DNA of 64,000 bases from Rhodobacter sp. (GCA_030065095.1 JASJDP010000006.1:16777-80776); one strand, 5' to 3'; positions 53,620 through 63,646 are shown, counted from the stretch's first letter. A program made the numbers and translations. Notes: generated by a model from the sequence alone, not told the origin.

Positions 53620-54552
53620 ATGGCCCATCTCCCTCCCGCTGCAATCAATATTCTCAGAGCCTTGTGCTATTTCCACTATCTGACCAAGCCGCAGATGGTG
53701 GAGTTGGGGCTGGCGAAATCCGTGGGCAGTCTCGACAATCATGCCATGCCCTACCTGGCTCCGAAACGCGACAAGCAGACCGGCAAGGAAATCATTCCCA
53801 AGGGCCAGCGCAAATCGGCCTTCCTCTGCCACAGCCTGACTTACGGCTTACGCGACGAGACCGACAAGCCCGGCAAGAACCACTTCATGTATTACCTGAC
53901 CCAGGCCGGGCTGGACCGCGCCTATTGGGAATTCGAGGCCGGGTTTCAAAACGGCGATGGCGACCTGCAAGCCGACGATCTCTGGATACCGTCCGAGCAC
54001 GAGCAGCTATCCAACGACTATCACCACCGCCGCCACTACGTCTCCGCCCATATTGCCATCCGCAAATGGGCTGCCCGCGTGGGCGCAAAGATCGATTTCT
54101 GGCAGCACTATTACCAAGCCAACCCGAACCGCCCGAAGCTCCACGGACGCCCGCCGTCGCGCAACCGGGTTGCTTGGGACGACACGGGCCGCAAGTTCTG
54201 CACCCCGGACGGATTGCTGGGCATCACGCACCAAGGTCAATCCCGGCTCTATATGTTGGAACTCCATCACCGTACCCCGACTAAACAGGTGGTGGACCAG
54301 CTCTATCGAGATTTCCGCGCGGTGCGGGCGATCAAAGCCAAGTTCCCGGACTATCCGACCGGCAGCGACCCGTACGTGCTGTCGGTGTTCACCAGTTCGA
54401 CGGACAGATCGGCAGCCCAACGCAAGATCCAATCGTCGGGCACCTTCGACGGCGTACGACGTGGCCTCTTGCTGGCACACCCTGAGAATTTAGTGTCCGC
54501 CCCAAACCTGGCATGGGAATATTTCGACGGGACCGAGGCGAGGCCGATCTAA
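53620..54552 (+). CDS. replication-relaxation (Replic_Relax) family protein (module B)
   Basis: 310 aa from the ATG at 53620. AAINILRALCYFHYLTKPQMVELG parallels the module-A protein. Confidence 0.65.
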   Translation: MAHLPPAAINILRALCYFHYLTKPQMVELGLAKSVGSLDNHAMPYLAPKRDKQTGKEIIPKGQRKSAFLCHSLTYGLRDETDKPGKNHFMYYLTQAGLDRAYWEFEAGFQNGDGDLQADDLWIPSEHEQLSNDYHHRRHYVSAHIAIRKWAARVGAKIDFWQHYYQANPNRPKLHGRPPSRNRVAWDDTGRKFCTPDGLLGITHQGQSRLYMLELHHRTPTKQVVDQLYRDFRAVRAIKAKFPDYPTGSDPYVLSVFTSSTDRSAAQRKIQSSGTFDGVRRGLLLAHPENLVSAPNLAWEYFDGTEARPI

Positions 54553-54558
54553 TGCGGC

Positions 54559-54945
54559 CTAGCGCTCAGCAGGCGTACAGATCGTCAACACCCGCGCCGT
54601 CACCGTCGGATCCGACTTGTCTGGCGAATGGTACATGAGGTCGAGATCGTAGTAGTCCACTTTGAAAAGGTAATCCTGACCTTCAACGCGCACAGCGGCG
54701 CAGTCGTGTTCGCCCCACGGATCGTTCTCGCGCGTGAAATCGTCGAATTCCTGGATCGCCCGAAAAACCAGCGCTTTGGTTGCATCTGGCAGGCTCTGAA
54801 CTTCCAGGCTTTCGACGATCACGCCGCCCAAGCCGGTCATCCTCAAAACGTCGTTCAGAGCCCGGACCCGCCGGACTGTTACCGGGTCGGCTTCGTCGGC
54901 GCTTTGTCGGAACCGGTCAGGCGGAACAGGTGAGAGCATCAGCAA
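54559..54945 (-). CDS. DUF3768-like protein
   Basis: NDPWGEHDCAAVRVEGQDYLFKVDYYDLDLMYHSPDKSDPTVTARVLTI matches my memory of DUF3768, which is common on alphaproteobacterial plasmids and ICEs. Confidence 0.65.
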   Translation of the reverse strand: MLMLSPVPPDRFRQSADEADPVTVRRVRALNDVLRMTGLGGVIVESLEVQSLPDATKALVFRAIQEFDDFTRENDPWGEHDCAAVRVEGQDYLFKVDYYDLDLMYHSPDKSDPTVTARVLTICTPAER

Positions 54946-55346
54946 AGATTTGACGGGCTGAGCTTACCTTCCAAGGCAAACCCGTCAAACGCAGAGCTTC
55001 ATCGGATCTTCATGTGCCGGCGAACACACCGCTCAAGTGTGCCAAGCTTGTTTCTGCGACGTGAACGGATGCAGCCGTTCAGTTTCTCATTGCGGGCCGG
55101 CAAGAGTGCGGGACATTATTGCCTTCCGTCCTATGTCTGATTCCAAGTTTCACTCGGTCGTTCCAGTGTTGAGGATACCACTTGAGGCCATATGTTCCTT
55201 TGAACACAAACGCAAAGCAGCACATAGCGAACGCCACCAGCGTCTGCAGTCTTCGCGATTTCTGAAGTGTATCAGAGCAGAGCCTGGGTACATTACACTT
55301 TCCAAGCGGCAGAAAAAAACACTGAAGCCAATCTATCTGTTTCCTT

Positions 55347-55730
55347 CTAATTTTCACCACTAAGTTGCAAACGCAGGAAAATTTGACTTTGTGAAATCAA
55401 CAGAGATGATTGCGCCTCCAGCAAAATAATTCTGTCATCGATCTCACTTAAATTTGATGATAAATCTTCTAGGCCAGATGCAAGTGGCATAAGGTTGGAG
55501 TGAACCACTACGTCCAAGCCTCTAACGGAGGACTCGAGGTTTTTGATATTATCTCCATCCTGACCTAGCACAGATTCACTAAGGCGCTCTTGGACAAGAA
55601 CTCTTTTTTCCAAATCATTCAACTCTTCCTTGATCGCAAAAATGGCAGAAAAGAAGCCTATAACGCCCCCAACAATTGAAGCCATAATAAAGCCAAAGAC
55701 TTTGTCCAAATTTTTTTGCAGCCAAGTCAT
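55347..55730 (-). CDS. N-terminally membrane-anchored coiled-coil protein
   Basis: 127 aa. TM segment FGFIMASIVGGVIGFFSAIFAI followed by heptad-rich sequence. Its ATG overlaps the vWA-TPR stop (ATGA). Confidence 0.55.
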   Translation of the reverse strand: MTWLQKNLDKVFGFIMASIVGGVIGFFSAIFAIKEELNDLEKRVLVQERLSESVLGQDGDNIKNLESSVRGLDVVVHSNLMPLASGLEDLSSNLSEIDDRIILLEAQSSLLISQSQIFLRLQLSGEN

Positions 55731-57577
55731 GGGCCATCTAGCCTATCCGGTTTGACGCCCTCGGAAACCCTCTCAATTTCAATTAAAGTGTCTTCTAGAA
55801 CTGGTAATAACGGATGCTGGTGGGTCAAGCTCGCCTCGCTTGATTTGAGAGCTTCTTTGAGAAGAGCTCGTGCCTCGGTGAATCGACCTTGGGCCGCGAG
55901 GATTACTGCCAAATTTTGCGCAACACTTGCAAAGCTAGCGCTCTCGCGGCGAAATAATTCCGATGATGTATCGACCGAGGCTCTTAAGCTTGTTTCCGCG
56001 CTTGACAATTGGCCGCTCGCCGCTTGTACGGCCGCGAGGTTGGTGCGCGCGGCAAGAGTTTGCGCATGATTGTCACCAAAATACTCGGAGGTTTTGTTCA
56101 GAACCTCTTGAAATGCTGCTTCGGCATCCCTCAAGCGCCCTTCCGAAGCGAGGAAAGCTCCAAGACTGCTTAACCTCACAAAAGATTCGGGATGAGGACT
56201 TCCGTATTGTGCCTCAGCTTGTGCGAGGGACAGGCTTATCATCTGAATCGCGGCCTCAGGCTCTCCCACAGAAAATAGCGAGTGCGCGAAGTTGTTTGAC
56301 ATGGCGACAGTCATTGGATGCTGGTCACCTAGAGCCTGTCGGCTGACGTCAAATACTCTTGAAAACAAAACGTTGGCGTCGTTTTTCCTCCCAATTCTTG
56401 ATAGCAGGGATGCCAGATTGGAACCCGCCGAAACGGCGAACGGATGGCTCTCGCCAAAAAGAGCAGTAGCTTCAAAGTAGACTTGATCGGCCAGTTGTAC
56501 TGCATCTTCGTGGCGCCCGACTTCAAATAATCGTAGGGCATTAATTTTATCACCGGCAATATCTCGAAACGGGTCCGTTGCCGGTAGTGCATCGATATAG
56601 ATTCTTCCACGCAGTCGAGAAAAAATAGATCTGGGATCGAAATTGACGCCTACCCGGTGAGTACCACTTTCCAAACCAAACGCAGTAATAGTTCTTGCGT
56701 AAATCGAACTTCGATCGATTTCAGAAATTCGCCTGGCATTATTGATTTCAACAGAAAGTTCAGTACCGTCGCGGAAATCGGCGGCAATGACCGTTACCAA
56801 AAGCCTTTTCGCCTTTTCCTGGATCATAAACGAGATCTGTTCCGTTGGCTGTCTTATCTCAGAGCTTACGATCTCGGCATCTACACCGACACTCCGATAA
56901 GCTTTGGTCACGGACGTCCGCACGGCTTCGAGAAACTCCAGTTCACCGCTACCTGCTTCGACCGCTCCTCCCGAGATTTCTTGATATTCAGGGCTTGCAA
57001 ACACGCTGACATTACTGCCGAATCCAACGACATGAATGGAGATGCCTTCGTTTGCTGCACGCTCTGTGAGAGCGGTGACATCGATAGTGTCAGTCGGCTC
57101 ACCATCGGTAAAGAGGAATACTCGCTTGTCGCCGAGGGCCGACGACAAATGATCAAATGCAGTAGCAAGAGCGGCTCCCGTCGATGTGCCGCCCTCTCCT
57201 GGTCGGAACAAGTGTGGGCTTATTGCCCTGCGAGCAAGTCTTGAGTCGACAAGGCCATCGCCAGTTAACGAGTGAACTTGGTCCGAGAACTCAACTATGG
57301 CAGCGCTTACGACTGGATCAATAAACTCGGCATAAGATAGGACAATCTCGGCAGACGCAGATAATACTTCGCCATTGGGATCATTTGTTCTCATAGATCC
57401 GGATCGATCAATTAAAATCACAACAGATAAAGGATCTGCATGTACCGACTTCGATGAAACAGCTGCGAGAAATACCAAAATCAGCAGGCAAGCCCGCGTG
57501 AAGCGGACCTTACTCCACCCGTTGCTGATTCCAATTAAAGTGTCACCCACAAATTTTCTGGCCAGCATACTCAACAT
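55727..57577 (-). CDS. secreted or anchored vWA-domain protein with C-terminal TPR array
   Basis: 616 aa with an N-terminal hydrophobic segment. MIDAS motif VVILIDRSGSMRTND and TDGEPTD, and about 250 aa of TPR-like repeats. About 42% G+C in the 60-nt line at 56521. Confidence 0.75.
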   Translation of the reverse strand: MLSMLARKFVGDTLIGISNGWSKVRFTRACLLILVFLAAVSSKSVHADPLSVVILIDRSGSMRTNDPNGEVLSASAEIVLSYAEFIDPVVSAAIVEFSDQVHSLTGDGLVDSRLARRAISPHLFRPGEGGTSTGAALATAFDHLSSALGDKRVFLFTDGEPTDTIDVTALTERAANEGISIHVVGFGSNVSVFASPEYQEISGGAVEAGSGELEFLEAVRTSVTKAYRSVGVDAEIVSSEIRQPTEQISFMIQEKAKRLLVTVIAADFRDGTELSVEINNARRISEIDRSSIYARTITAFGLESGTHRVGVNFDPRSIFSRLRGRIYIDALPATDPFRDIAGDKINALRLFEVGRHEDAVQLADQVYFEATALFGESHPFAVSAGSNLASLLSRIGRKNDANVLFSRVFDVSRQALGDQHPMTVAMSNNFAHSLFSVGEPEAAIQMISLSLAQAEAQYGSPHPESFVRLSSLGAFLASEGRLRDAEAAFQEVLNKTSEYFGDNHAQTLAARTNLAAVQAASGQLSSAETSLRASVDTSSELFRRESASFASVAQNLAVILAAQGRFTEARALLKEALKSSEASLTHQHPLLPVLEDTLIEIERVSEGVKPDRLDGP

Positions 57578-57959
57578 CGCAGGTTGCTACTCAGCACATG
57601 GACCATGACACAGTTCGTTTCAGTCGTTCAACGGAATTGATCAGCCGTTACCAATTTACGCTGACGTTCGTGCCGACAGTGACGTGTTTTCCTTATTAAT
57701 CCTTGTATTCAAACTATGGATTTGTAAGTGCCATTCTGCGCTCTTTTGGCCATCGCCTTCAAACGCCTCCCGTTTAAAACTGGAAGTTAGCCTTCAGAGT
57801 GTTTTGGCAGTTTCCTTATGGCGCGAACAAGAGCACAGACGTTCGCTGCACCGTAACGAATGGGTAGGAAGGGCTCTCAACGGGCTTTCTCTGCACGCTG
57901 TCTGAATGTTCGGTTCGGATGCGACGACCCGGGTTTGCGCAACCGGGCCGCCGCTGCTC

Positions 57960-58160
57960 CTACTCGGAGCTTGTTTGGCTACCGCGCAACTCTATCCGCC
58001 GTTGCAGCCAGTCCAGCACCTCGCTTTCCACCCATCCGACGCGATTGGAGCCGAGCTGTACCCTTTTGGGAAACTCGCCCACTTTCTCCAACCTCGCGAT
58101 GTGTTGCGGCGAGTACAGCACCAGCTCCTTCAGATCGCGTTTCGACAGTATCCTCATCAC
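57960..58160 (-). CDS. alpA: AlpA-family HTH regulator/excisionase-like protein
   Basis: 66 aa. ILSKRDLKELVLYSPQHIARLEKVGEFPKRVQLGSNRVGWVESEVLDWL. Confidence 0.85.
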   Translation of the reverse strand: MMRILSKRDLKELVLYSPQHIARLEKVGEFPKRVQLGSNRVGWVESEVLDWLQRRIELRGSQTSSE

Positions 58161-58364
58161 AATGTCTCCTGTAGATCAGGAGCATCGCGATGCCCCGGTT
58201 GGGATGGACCCGGACCGAGAGATTTCAAGGTACTGGAAGTGCTGGCGAATTTGTAGGGCCAGGAGAGCATTCTATTGGCGAGGCGCTACAAGTCAGTGGG
58301 CAACACGGCGTTGATTGATACGCATAGCTGAACATAACGGCTCATCACAAATTATTGCGAATTC

Positions 58365-58384
58365 TGAGCCTAAAATGAGCCTAA
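58365..58384. promoter_or_regulatory. tandem TGAGCCTAA 9-mers (right-end copy), candidate integrase arm-type sites
   Basis: TGAGCCTAAaaTGAGCCTAA lies 30 bp from the att repeat. See 15034..15053. Confidence 0.5.
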
Positions 58385-58414
58385 GGTTTCAAATACATCC
58401 TGCTAAGTCATTGA

Positions 58415-58465
58415 TTTCAGTGGTGAGCCGTGCAGGATTCGAACCTGCGACCCACTGATTAAAAG
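58415..58465. repeat. attR-type direct repeat (51 bp), overlapping the 3' 45 nt of tRNA-Lys
   Basis: Identical to 14861..14911. Confidence 0.92.
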
Positions 58466-58496
58466 TCAGTTGCTCTACCAACTGAGCTAACGGCCC
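58421..58496 (-). tRNA. tRNA-Lys: tRNA-Lys (anticodon UUU)
   Basis: Hand-folded 76-nt cloverleaf: GGGCCGT acceptor pairing ACGGCTC, anticodon arm ACTGA-CTTTTAA-TCAGT, T-arm GCAGG-TTCGAAT-CCTGC, encoded CCA. Confidence 0.92.
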
Positions 58497-58604
58497 ACAT
58501 GAGCCGCCTAGTTAGAAAAACGCCACTTTGCGGTCAAGGGATAAAAAAGGCCGCTGGCGAACGGTCTATGGAATTGTCCGGTTGCGGGCTGTATATGCCG
58601 CGAT

Positions 58605-59441
58605 ATGCGCGATCAAGGCAGGGCAGACGGCCTTCCGTTCATCAAGATGCACGGGCTTGGCAACGATTTCGTGGTGGTGGACCGCCGCGGAGGCGGGCCG
58701 GTCGTATCCGCAGGTCTGGCACAGCGGCTCGGCGACCGGCACCGGGGCGTTGGTTTCGACCAACTGGCGGTGATCGAGCCTGATCCGCAGGTCGATGCGC
58801 TGCTGACATTCTTCAATGCCGACGGCACGCTGTCGGACGCCTGCGGCAACGCCACGCGCTGTATCGCCCGGCAGCTGATGGAGGAAACGGGCGCTGCATC
58901 CCTGACGCTGCGGACCGGGCGGGGATTGCTCGCCTGCCGCGATGCCGGCGGCGGGCTGACCAGCGTCAACATGGGGGCGCCGTTCCTGCGCTGGGACGAG
59001 GTGCCGCTGTCGCAGGACGTCGATACGTTGCATCTGCCGATCGAGGGGGATCCGGTGGCCACCGGGATGGGCAACCCGCATTGCACCTTCTTCGTGGAAG
59101 ACGCCGAGGCGGTGGCTCTCGAAACGCTCGGGCCGCAGATTGAACAGCACCCGCTATTCCCCGAACGCACCAATGTGCAGGTCGCAAGCCTTGGCGGCCT
59201 CGATCACCTTCGCATGCGGGTGTGGGAGCGGGGTGTGGGGATCACCCTGGCCTCGGGCTCGTCTTCCTGTGCCGTGGCGGTCGCCGCCGCCCGCCGCGGC
59301 TTGACCGGGCGGTCGGTGCGGCTGACGCTCGATGGCGGAGAGATCGCGGTCGACTGGCGCGATGACGGGATCTGGATGACCGGGCCGACGATGCATGTCT
59401 TCAGCGGGACGCTGACGCCCGCCTTTCTGGAGACGGTCTGA
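58605..59441 (+). CDS. dapF: diaminopimelate epimerase
   Basis: 278 aa. [15 protein letters not shown] and two catalytic-Cys blocks ([17 protein letters not shown]). Confidence 0.9.
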   Translation: MRDQGRADGLPFIKMHGLGNDFVVVDRRGGGPVVSAGLAQRLGDRHRGVGFDQLAVIEPDPQVDALLTFFNADGTLSDACGNATRCIARQLMEETGAASLTLRTGRGLLACRDAGGGLTSVNMGAPFLRWDEVPLSQDVDTLHLPIEGDPVATGMGNPHCTFFVEDAEAVALETLGPQIEQHPLFPERTNVQVASLGGLDHLRMRVWERGVGITLASGSSSCAVAVAAARRGLTGRSVRLTLDGGEIAVDWRDDGIWMTGPTMHVFSGTLTPAFLETV

Positions 59442-60703
59442 TGGACCGCCACGCACCGGTCTTCACGACGCTGGGCTGCCGCCTGAACGCCTATGAGACC
59501 GAAGCGATGAAGACCCTGGCGGCGGCGCACGGCGTCGAGGACGCCGTCATCGTCAACACCTGTGCTGTGACGGCAGAGGCGGTGCGCAAGGCGCGACAGG
59601 ATATACGGCGGCTTCGGCGTGAGAATCCGGCTGCGAAACTGATCGTCACCGGCTGCGCGGCACAGATCGAACCGGCCCGCTTTGCCAAGATGGACGAGGT
59701 CGACCTTGTGATCGGCAACGCCGAAAAGATGCGGCCCGAGACCTGGGCGCGCCTGACCCCCGATCTGATCGGCGCGACCGAGCCGGTGCAGGTCGACGAC
59801 ATCATGTCGGTGTCGGAAACCGCGGGCCATCTGATCGACGGCTTCGGCATCCGCGCCCGCGCCTATGTGCAGATCCAGAACGGCTGTGACCACCGCTGCA
59901 CCTTCTGCATCATCCCCTATGGTCGCGGAAACTCGCGGTCGGTGCCCGCGGGCGTCGTGGTCGACCAGATCGGGCGGCTGGCCGAGCGGGGCTATAACGA
60001 GGTGGTGCTGACCGGCGTCGACCTGACAAGCTGGGGCGGCGACCTGCCGGGGCGGCCGCGCCTGGGCGATCTTGTGATGCGCATTTTGCGCCTGGTGCCG
60101 GACCTGCCCCGGCTGCGGATCAGTTCCATCGACTCCATTGAGGCCGATGAAAACCTCCTGCGCGCAATCGCGGAAGAGCCCCGCCTGATGCCGCATCTGC
60201 ATCTCAGCTTGCAATCCGGCGACGACATGATCCTGAAGCGGATGAAACGGCGGCACCTGCGGGACGATGCCATCGCGTTTTGCGAAAAGGCGCGCCGTCT
60301 GCGCCCCGACATCACCTTCGGCGCCGACATCATCGCGGGCTTTCCCACCGAAACCGAGGCGATGTTCGAAAACTCGCTTCGGCTGGTTCGGGACTGCGGG
60401 CTGACCTGGCTGCACGTCTTCCCCTACTCGCCCCGCCCGGGCACCCCGGCCGCCCGCATGCCGCAGGTGGACGGCCGCGCGATCAAGGACCGCGCCGCGC
60501 GGCTTCGTGCCGCCGGCAAAACCGCCGTGGATCGGCACGTGCAGGCGCAGATCGGCCAGAACCATCGCATCCTTATGGAAAGCCCGGCAATGGGCCGCAC
60601 CGAACAGTTTGCCGAGGTCGTCTTCGCCACCCCGCAACCGGTGGGCCGGATCGTCGAGACTAGGATCACCGGGCGGGACGGCGCCTGCCTGTCCGTGTCC
60701 TGA
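59441..60703 (+). CDS. mtaB: radical-SAM methylthiotransferase, MiaB-like (MtaB-type)
   Basis: 420 aa. N-terminal TLGCRLNAYE and the radical-SAM cluster motif CDHRCTFCIIP. Its start overlaps the dapF stop. Confidence 0.85.
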   Translation: MDRHAPVFTTLGCRLNAYETEAMKTLAAAHGVEDAVIVNTCAVTAEAVRKARQDIRRLRRENPAAKLIVTGCAAQIEPARFAKMDEVDLVIGNAEKMRPETWARLTPDLIGATEPVQVDDIMSVSETAGHLIDGFGIRARAYVQIQNGCDHRCTFCIIPYGRGNSRSVPAGVVVDQIGRLAERGYNEVVLTGVDLTSWGGDLPGRPRLGDLVMRILRLVPDLPRLRISSIDSIEADENLLRAIAEEPRLMPHLHLSLQSGDDMILKRMKRRHLRDDAIAFCEKARRLRPDITFGADIIAGFPTETEAMFENSLRLVRDCGLTWLHVFPYSPRPGTPAARMPQVDGRAIKDRAARLRAAGKTAVDRHVQAQIGQNHRILMESPAMGRTEQFAEVVFATPQPVGRIVETRITGRDGACLSVS

Positions 60704-60704
60704 C

Positions 60705-61343
60705 ATGCACCCCAATCCCGCCTTCCGAAAAACCGGCGCAGACCGCAACATAGCCTTCGCCCGGGATCGCGGCTTCGGCGCACTGGCGGTGAACGGCGAC
60801 GGCGGGCCGTTGATCTCGCATATTCCGTTCCTGTTGGAACGGAATGGTAAAGGTGCCGAACTGCATCTGCTGCGGTCGAATCCGATCGTGACCGCGCTGG
60901 CCGTGCCGCAACCGGCGGTGATCGCCGTTCAGGGGCCCGACGGATATATTTCACCCGACTGGTACGGGGTCGACGATCAGGTCCCCACCTGGAACTACGT
61001 CGCCGTGCATCTGCACGGCGCGCTGGAACGGCTGCCGCAGGACGCGCTGCATCCGATGCTCGACCGGCTTTCGGCGCATTTCGAGACCCGACTGGCGCCA
61101 AAGATACCCTGGATCTCCGGCAAGATGTCGTCCGGCGTGATGGACCGGATGATGCGGATGATCGTCCCGTGCCGCCTGCAGGTGACACGGATCGACGGGA
61201 CCTGGAAGCTGAACCAGAACAAGGACGACGCCGTGCGCCTGCGCGCGGCGGACGCTGTGGCGCGGGACGGCAGCGGGTCAGAGCTGGAAATGCTCGCAAG
61301 GCTGATGCGCGATCCTCCGGCCGCATCCGAAGAACCCCGATAG
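60705..61343 (+). CDS. FMN-binding negative transcriptional regulator (PaiB-like)
   Basis: 212 aa from the ATG at 60705 (MHPNPAFRK...). VPTWNYVAVHLHG is typical. The upstream part of ORF 60507.. overlaps mtaB and is rejected. Confidence 0.75.
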   Translation: MHPNPAFRKTGADRNIAFARDRGFGALAVNGDGGPLISHIPFLLERNGKGAELHLLRSNPIVTALAVPQPAVIAVQGPDGYISPDWYGVDDQVPTWNYVAVHLHGALERLPQDALHPMLDRLSAHFETRLAPKIPWISGKMSSGVMDRMMRMIVPCRLQVTRIDGTWKLNQNKDDAVRLRAADAVARDGSGSELEMLARLMRDPPAASEEPR

Positions 61344-61393
61344 ACAGGCCCCCCGCCCCGCCCTAGGGTGCCCCGACAATTGGGAGTTCCGAC

Positions 61394-61999
61394 ATGCAGC
61401 TGCTTGCCGCCGGCACCTCACCCTTCGTGCGCAAGGTGAAGGTGCTTTTGCACGAAACCGGCCAGATCGACGACGTTGACATCACGGATGTGGTTACCGC
61501 ACCGATGGCGACCGACCCAACCGTCGCGGCCGCCAATCCGATCGGCAAGATCCCGGCATTGATCCGGCCCGACGGACCGGCGATCTACGACAGCCGGGTG
61601 ATCTGCCGCTATCTCGACGCACGCGCCGGTGCCGGGCTCTACCCCGAATCCCGGATATGGGATGTCCTGACGCTCGAGGCGACGGCGGACGGCATCATGG
61701 AGGCGGCCGTTCTGATGGTTTACGAGGCCCGCGCGCGGCCCGAAGAGATGCGGTATCAGCCTTGGGTCGAGGCGCAATGGGACAAGGTCATCCGCGCGCT
61801 GGATGCTCTGGAATCGCGCTGGATGGGGCATTTGGCCGGCAGGTTCGACATCGGGCACATTGGCGTCGGATGCGCGCTGGGATATCTCGATCTTCGCCAC
61901 GACGCGCGGAACTGGCGGCAGGGGCGTGCGACTCTGGCCGCCTGGGAAGCAGAATTCGCCAAGCGGCCCAGCATGGAGGCGACGGTACCGCAGGCGTGA
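61394..61999 (+). CDS. glutathione S-transferase family protein
   Basis: 201 aa. SPFVRKVKV, IPALI and DSRVICRYLD match the GST N-domain. Confidence 0.8.
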   Translation: MQLLAAGTSPFVRKVKVLLHETGQIDDVDITDVVTAPMATDPTVAAANPIGKIPALIRPDGPAIYDSRVICRYLDARAGAGLYPESRIWDVLTLEATADGIMEAAVLMVYEARARPEEMRYQPWVEAQWDKVIRALDALESRWMGHLAGRFDIGHIGVGCALGYLDLRHDARNWRQGRATLAAWEAEFAKRPSMEATVPQA

Positions 62000-62634
62000 G
62001 CGTTCCGCTTTCCGCCTTTCTCACCGCCTGGACGATCCTGGCGCTGAACCTGCTGACGCCGGGCCCGAACGTTCTGAACACGATCACCACGGCCATGGGC
62101 TCGGGCCGGGCGGCGGGGCTTGCATCGGCGGCTGCGGTGGGTCTGGGCATCGGTATCTGGTGCTTGGGCATGTCCCTGGGGGTCGCCACGATGTTCCGCG
62201 CCGTTCCCGGCGCGCAAGAGACGCTGACGGTTCTGGCCGCGATCCTGTTGGTCTATTTCGCCAGCCGCTACCTGCGTGCGGCGCTTGTCGGGCAGGCATC
62301 TGCGTTGGCCTCGCGCGGCGGGCTCAGCCTGCGGATGTCATTTCTGCGCTCGTTGTCGGTGAACGCGACCAACCCCAAGGCGCTGACGACATGGCTGGCG
62401 GTTCTGGGCATCTTTCCCACGGGCCACGCGGCCGCGCCGGACATCGCTTTGCTGCTTGCAGGCGCGTCCGGCGCCGGTATGGCGATCCATGCGGCCTATG
62501 CGCTTTTGTTTTCGACCCCGCCTTCGGTTCGCGTCTATCTGCGCGCCGCGCCGGTGATCAACGGCGCGGTGGGTATCTTCTTCATGATATTCGCCGTGAA
62601 ACTGACGGCACCGCTGTTGGCGCGGGCGATCTGA
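61996..62634 (+). CDS. LysE/RhtB-family amino-acid exporter
   Basis: 212 aa from the GTG at 61996, overlapping the GST stop. LTPGPNVL motif and six hydrophobic helices. Confidence 0.75.
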   Translation: MSVPLSAFLTAWTILALNLLTPGPNVLNTITTAMGSGRAAGLASAAAVGLGIGIWCLGMSLGVATMFRAVPGAQETLTVLAAILLVYFASRYLRAALVGQASALASRGGLSLRMSFLRSLSVNATNPKALTTWLAVLGIFPTGHAAAPDIALLLAGASGAGMAIHAAYALLFSTPPSVRVYLRAAPVINGAVGIFFMIFAVKLTAPLLARAI

Positions 62635-62772
62635 CCGGGCTTCGATGCGTGTTCCCCGAACCAAATGCAGAGCAGGGTCCTGGGCGGGCCGTGGATCGCG
62701 CTGGGAGCAGCAAATTCAAACCCCTATGCCGCATGCCACCGCATAGGCAGCCGAAAATGTGCGACATCGCCG

Positions 62773-63636
62773 TTAGCCAAATACCTCCTTGAATCTGTCG
62801 ATGCATTGCCGAAATCCCGCCTCGAAATCACCGTTCCCAGGGTGATAGACGCTTTCGAACGAGATCACCCCATCATAGCCGTCGGTGCGCAATGCATCGG
62901 ACATCGGCTGGAACTGATCCGCCAACTGCCCTTCGCCCATCCGCCGCACCTCCAGCGTCGCGCGGGGCGTGTCGACACGTACATCCTTGATATGCACATG
63001 TCCCAGATAGCCGTCCTTGACCTCGTCATAGCCATCCGGCCAGGCGCGCTCGTGGCACCAGCAGTTGTTCGCCGGATCCCACAGCACCTTGAGCACGTCC
63101 TTGGCCCCGAGGTCGTCGATCAGTTTGCGGCCCGTGTAGTTCGAATTGACCATCGTGCCGTTGCCGGTCTCGACCACCAGGGTCACCCCGGCATCCCGCG
63201 CAACGTCCACGGCAGGTGCGATCAGCGGCAGGGTCTTGTCCCAGGCGCCATGCGCCACGTTCCATGTCTCGGCCCCACCCTTGCCCCAGAGGATCTGTTC
63301 CTTCTTGTTGGTCATGATCCGCACCAGCGGGCTGCCCACCGTATGCGCCATCTCGATCACGCGCTTCAGCGCATCCATATGACGCGTGTGCGCCGCGTCC
63401 CCCGGCACATTTGCGGTGGTCAGTCCGGCGAAAATGTGCCGGCTGAGACAGGACACGGGCTTGCCCCGGTCCCGCAGCAATGTATCGATCCTTGCGATCT
63501 CGTCCTTCGAATGGTCGCCGACTTCTTTCTCGCCGACGAACTGCAACTCGGCATACTGCAGACCGTACTCGTCCATCACGTCGACCGCATGCGCAAGGTC
63601 CCGGCTGATGCCGTCGCAGATAACTCCCAGTTTCAT
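62773..63636 (-). CDS. sugar-phosphate isomerase/epimerase (xylose-isomerase-like TIM barrel)
   Basis: 287-aa ORF with the AP-endonuclease-2/TIM-barrel family pattern (HVHIKD, VISFES). Confidence 0.75.
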   Translation of the reverse strand: MKLGVICDGISRDLAHAVDVMDEYGLQYAELQFVGEKEVGDHSKDEIARIDTLLRDRGKPVSCLSRHIFAGLTTANVPGDAAHTRHMDALKRVIEMAHTVGSPLVRIMTNKKEQILWGKGGAETWNVAHGAWDKTLPLIAPAVDVARDAGVTLVVETGNGTMVNSNYTGRKLIDDLGAKDVLKVLWDPANNCWCHERAWPDGYDEVKDGYLGHVHIKDVRVDTPRATLEVRRMGEGQLADQFQPMSDALRTDGYDGVISFESVYHPGNGDFEAGFRQCIDRFKEVFG

Positions 63637-63646
63637 GGCCGCCTCC

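Larger units (their letters stand above)
14861..58465. mobile_element. about 43.55-kb tRNA-Lys-integrated genomic island (composite integrative mobilizable element)
   Basis: Perfect 51-bp direct repeats, with a P4-type integrase next to one and AlpA plus the intact tRNA next to the other. Contains extra recombinases, two T4CP-like/Replic_Relax modules, TA systems and blocks of lower G+C. Confidence 0.88.

Noticed and set aside
14861-58465. Island as a prophage or a self-transmissible ICE
   Set aside because: I found no capsid, portal, terminase, tail or lysis genes. I also found no VirB4/TraC-type ATPase, pilus or mating-pore genes. Only coupling-protein-like ATPases and Replic_Relax genes are present, hence the call as a mobilizable island.
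59204-60751. 515-aa ORF antisense to dapF and mtaB, and the 300-aa ORF at 60424..61326
   Set aside because: Same reasoning: low-complexity Arg/Pro/Gly-rich translations opposite strongly supported housekeeping genes.
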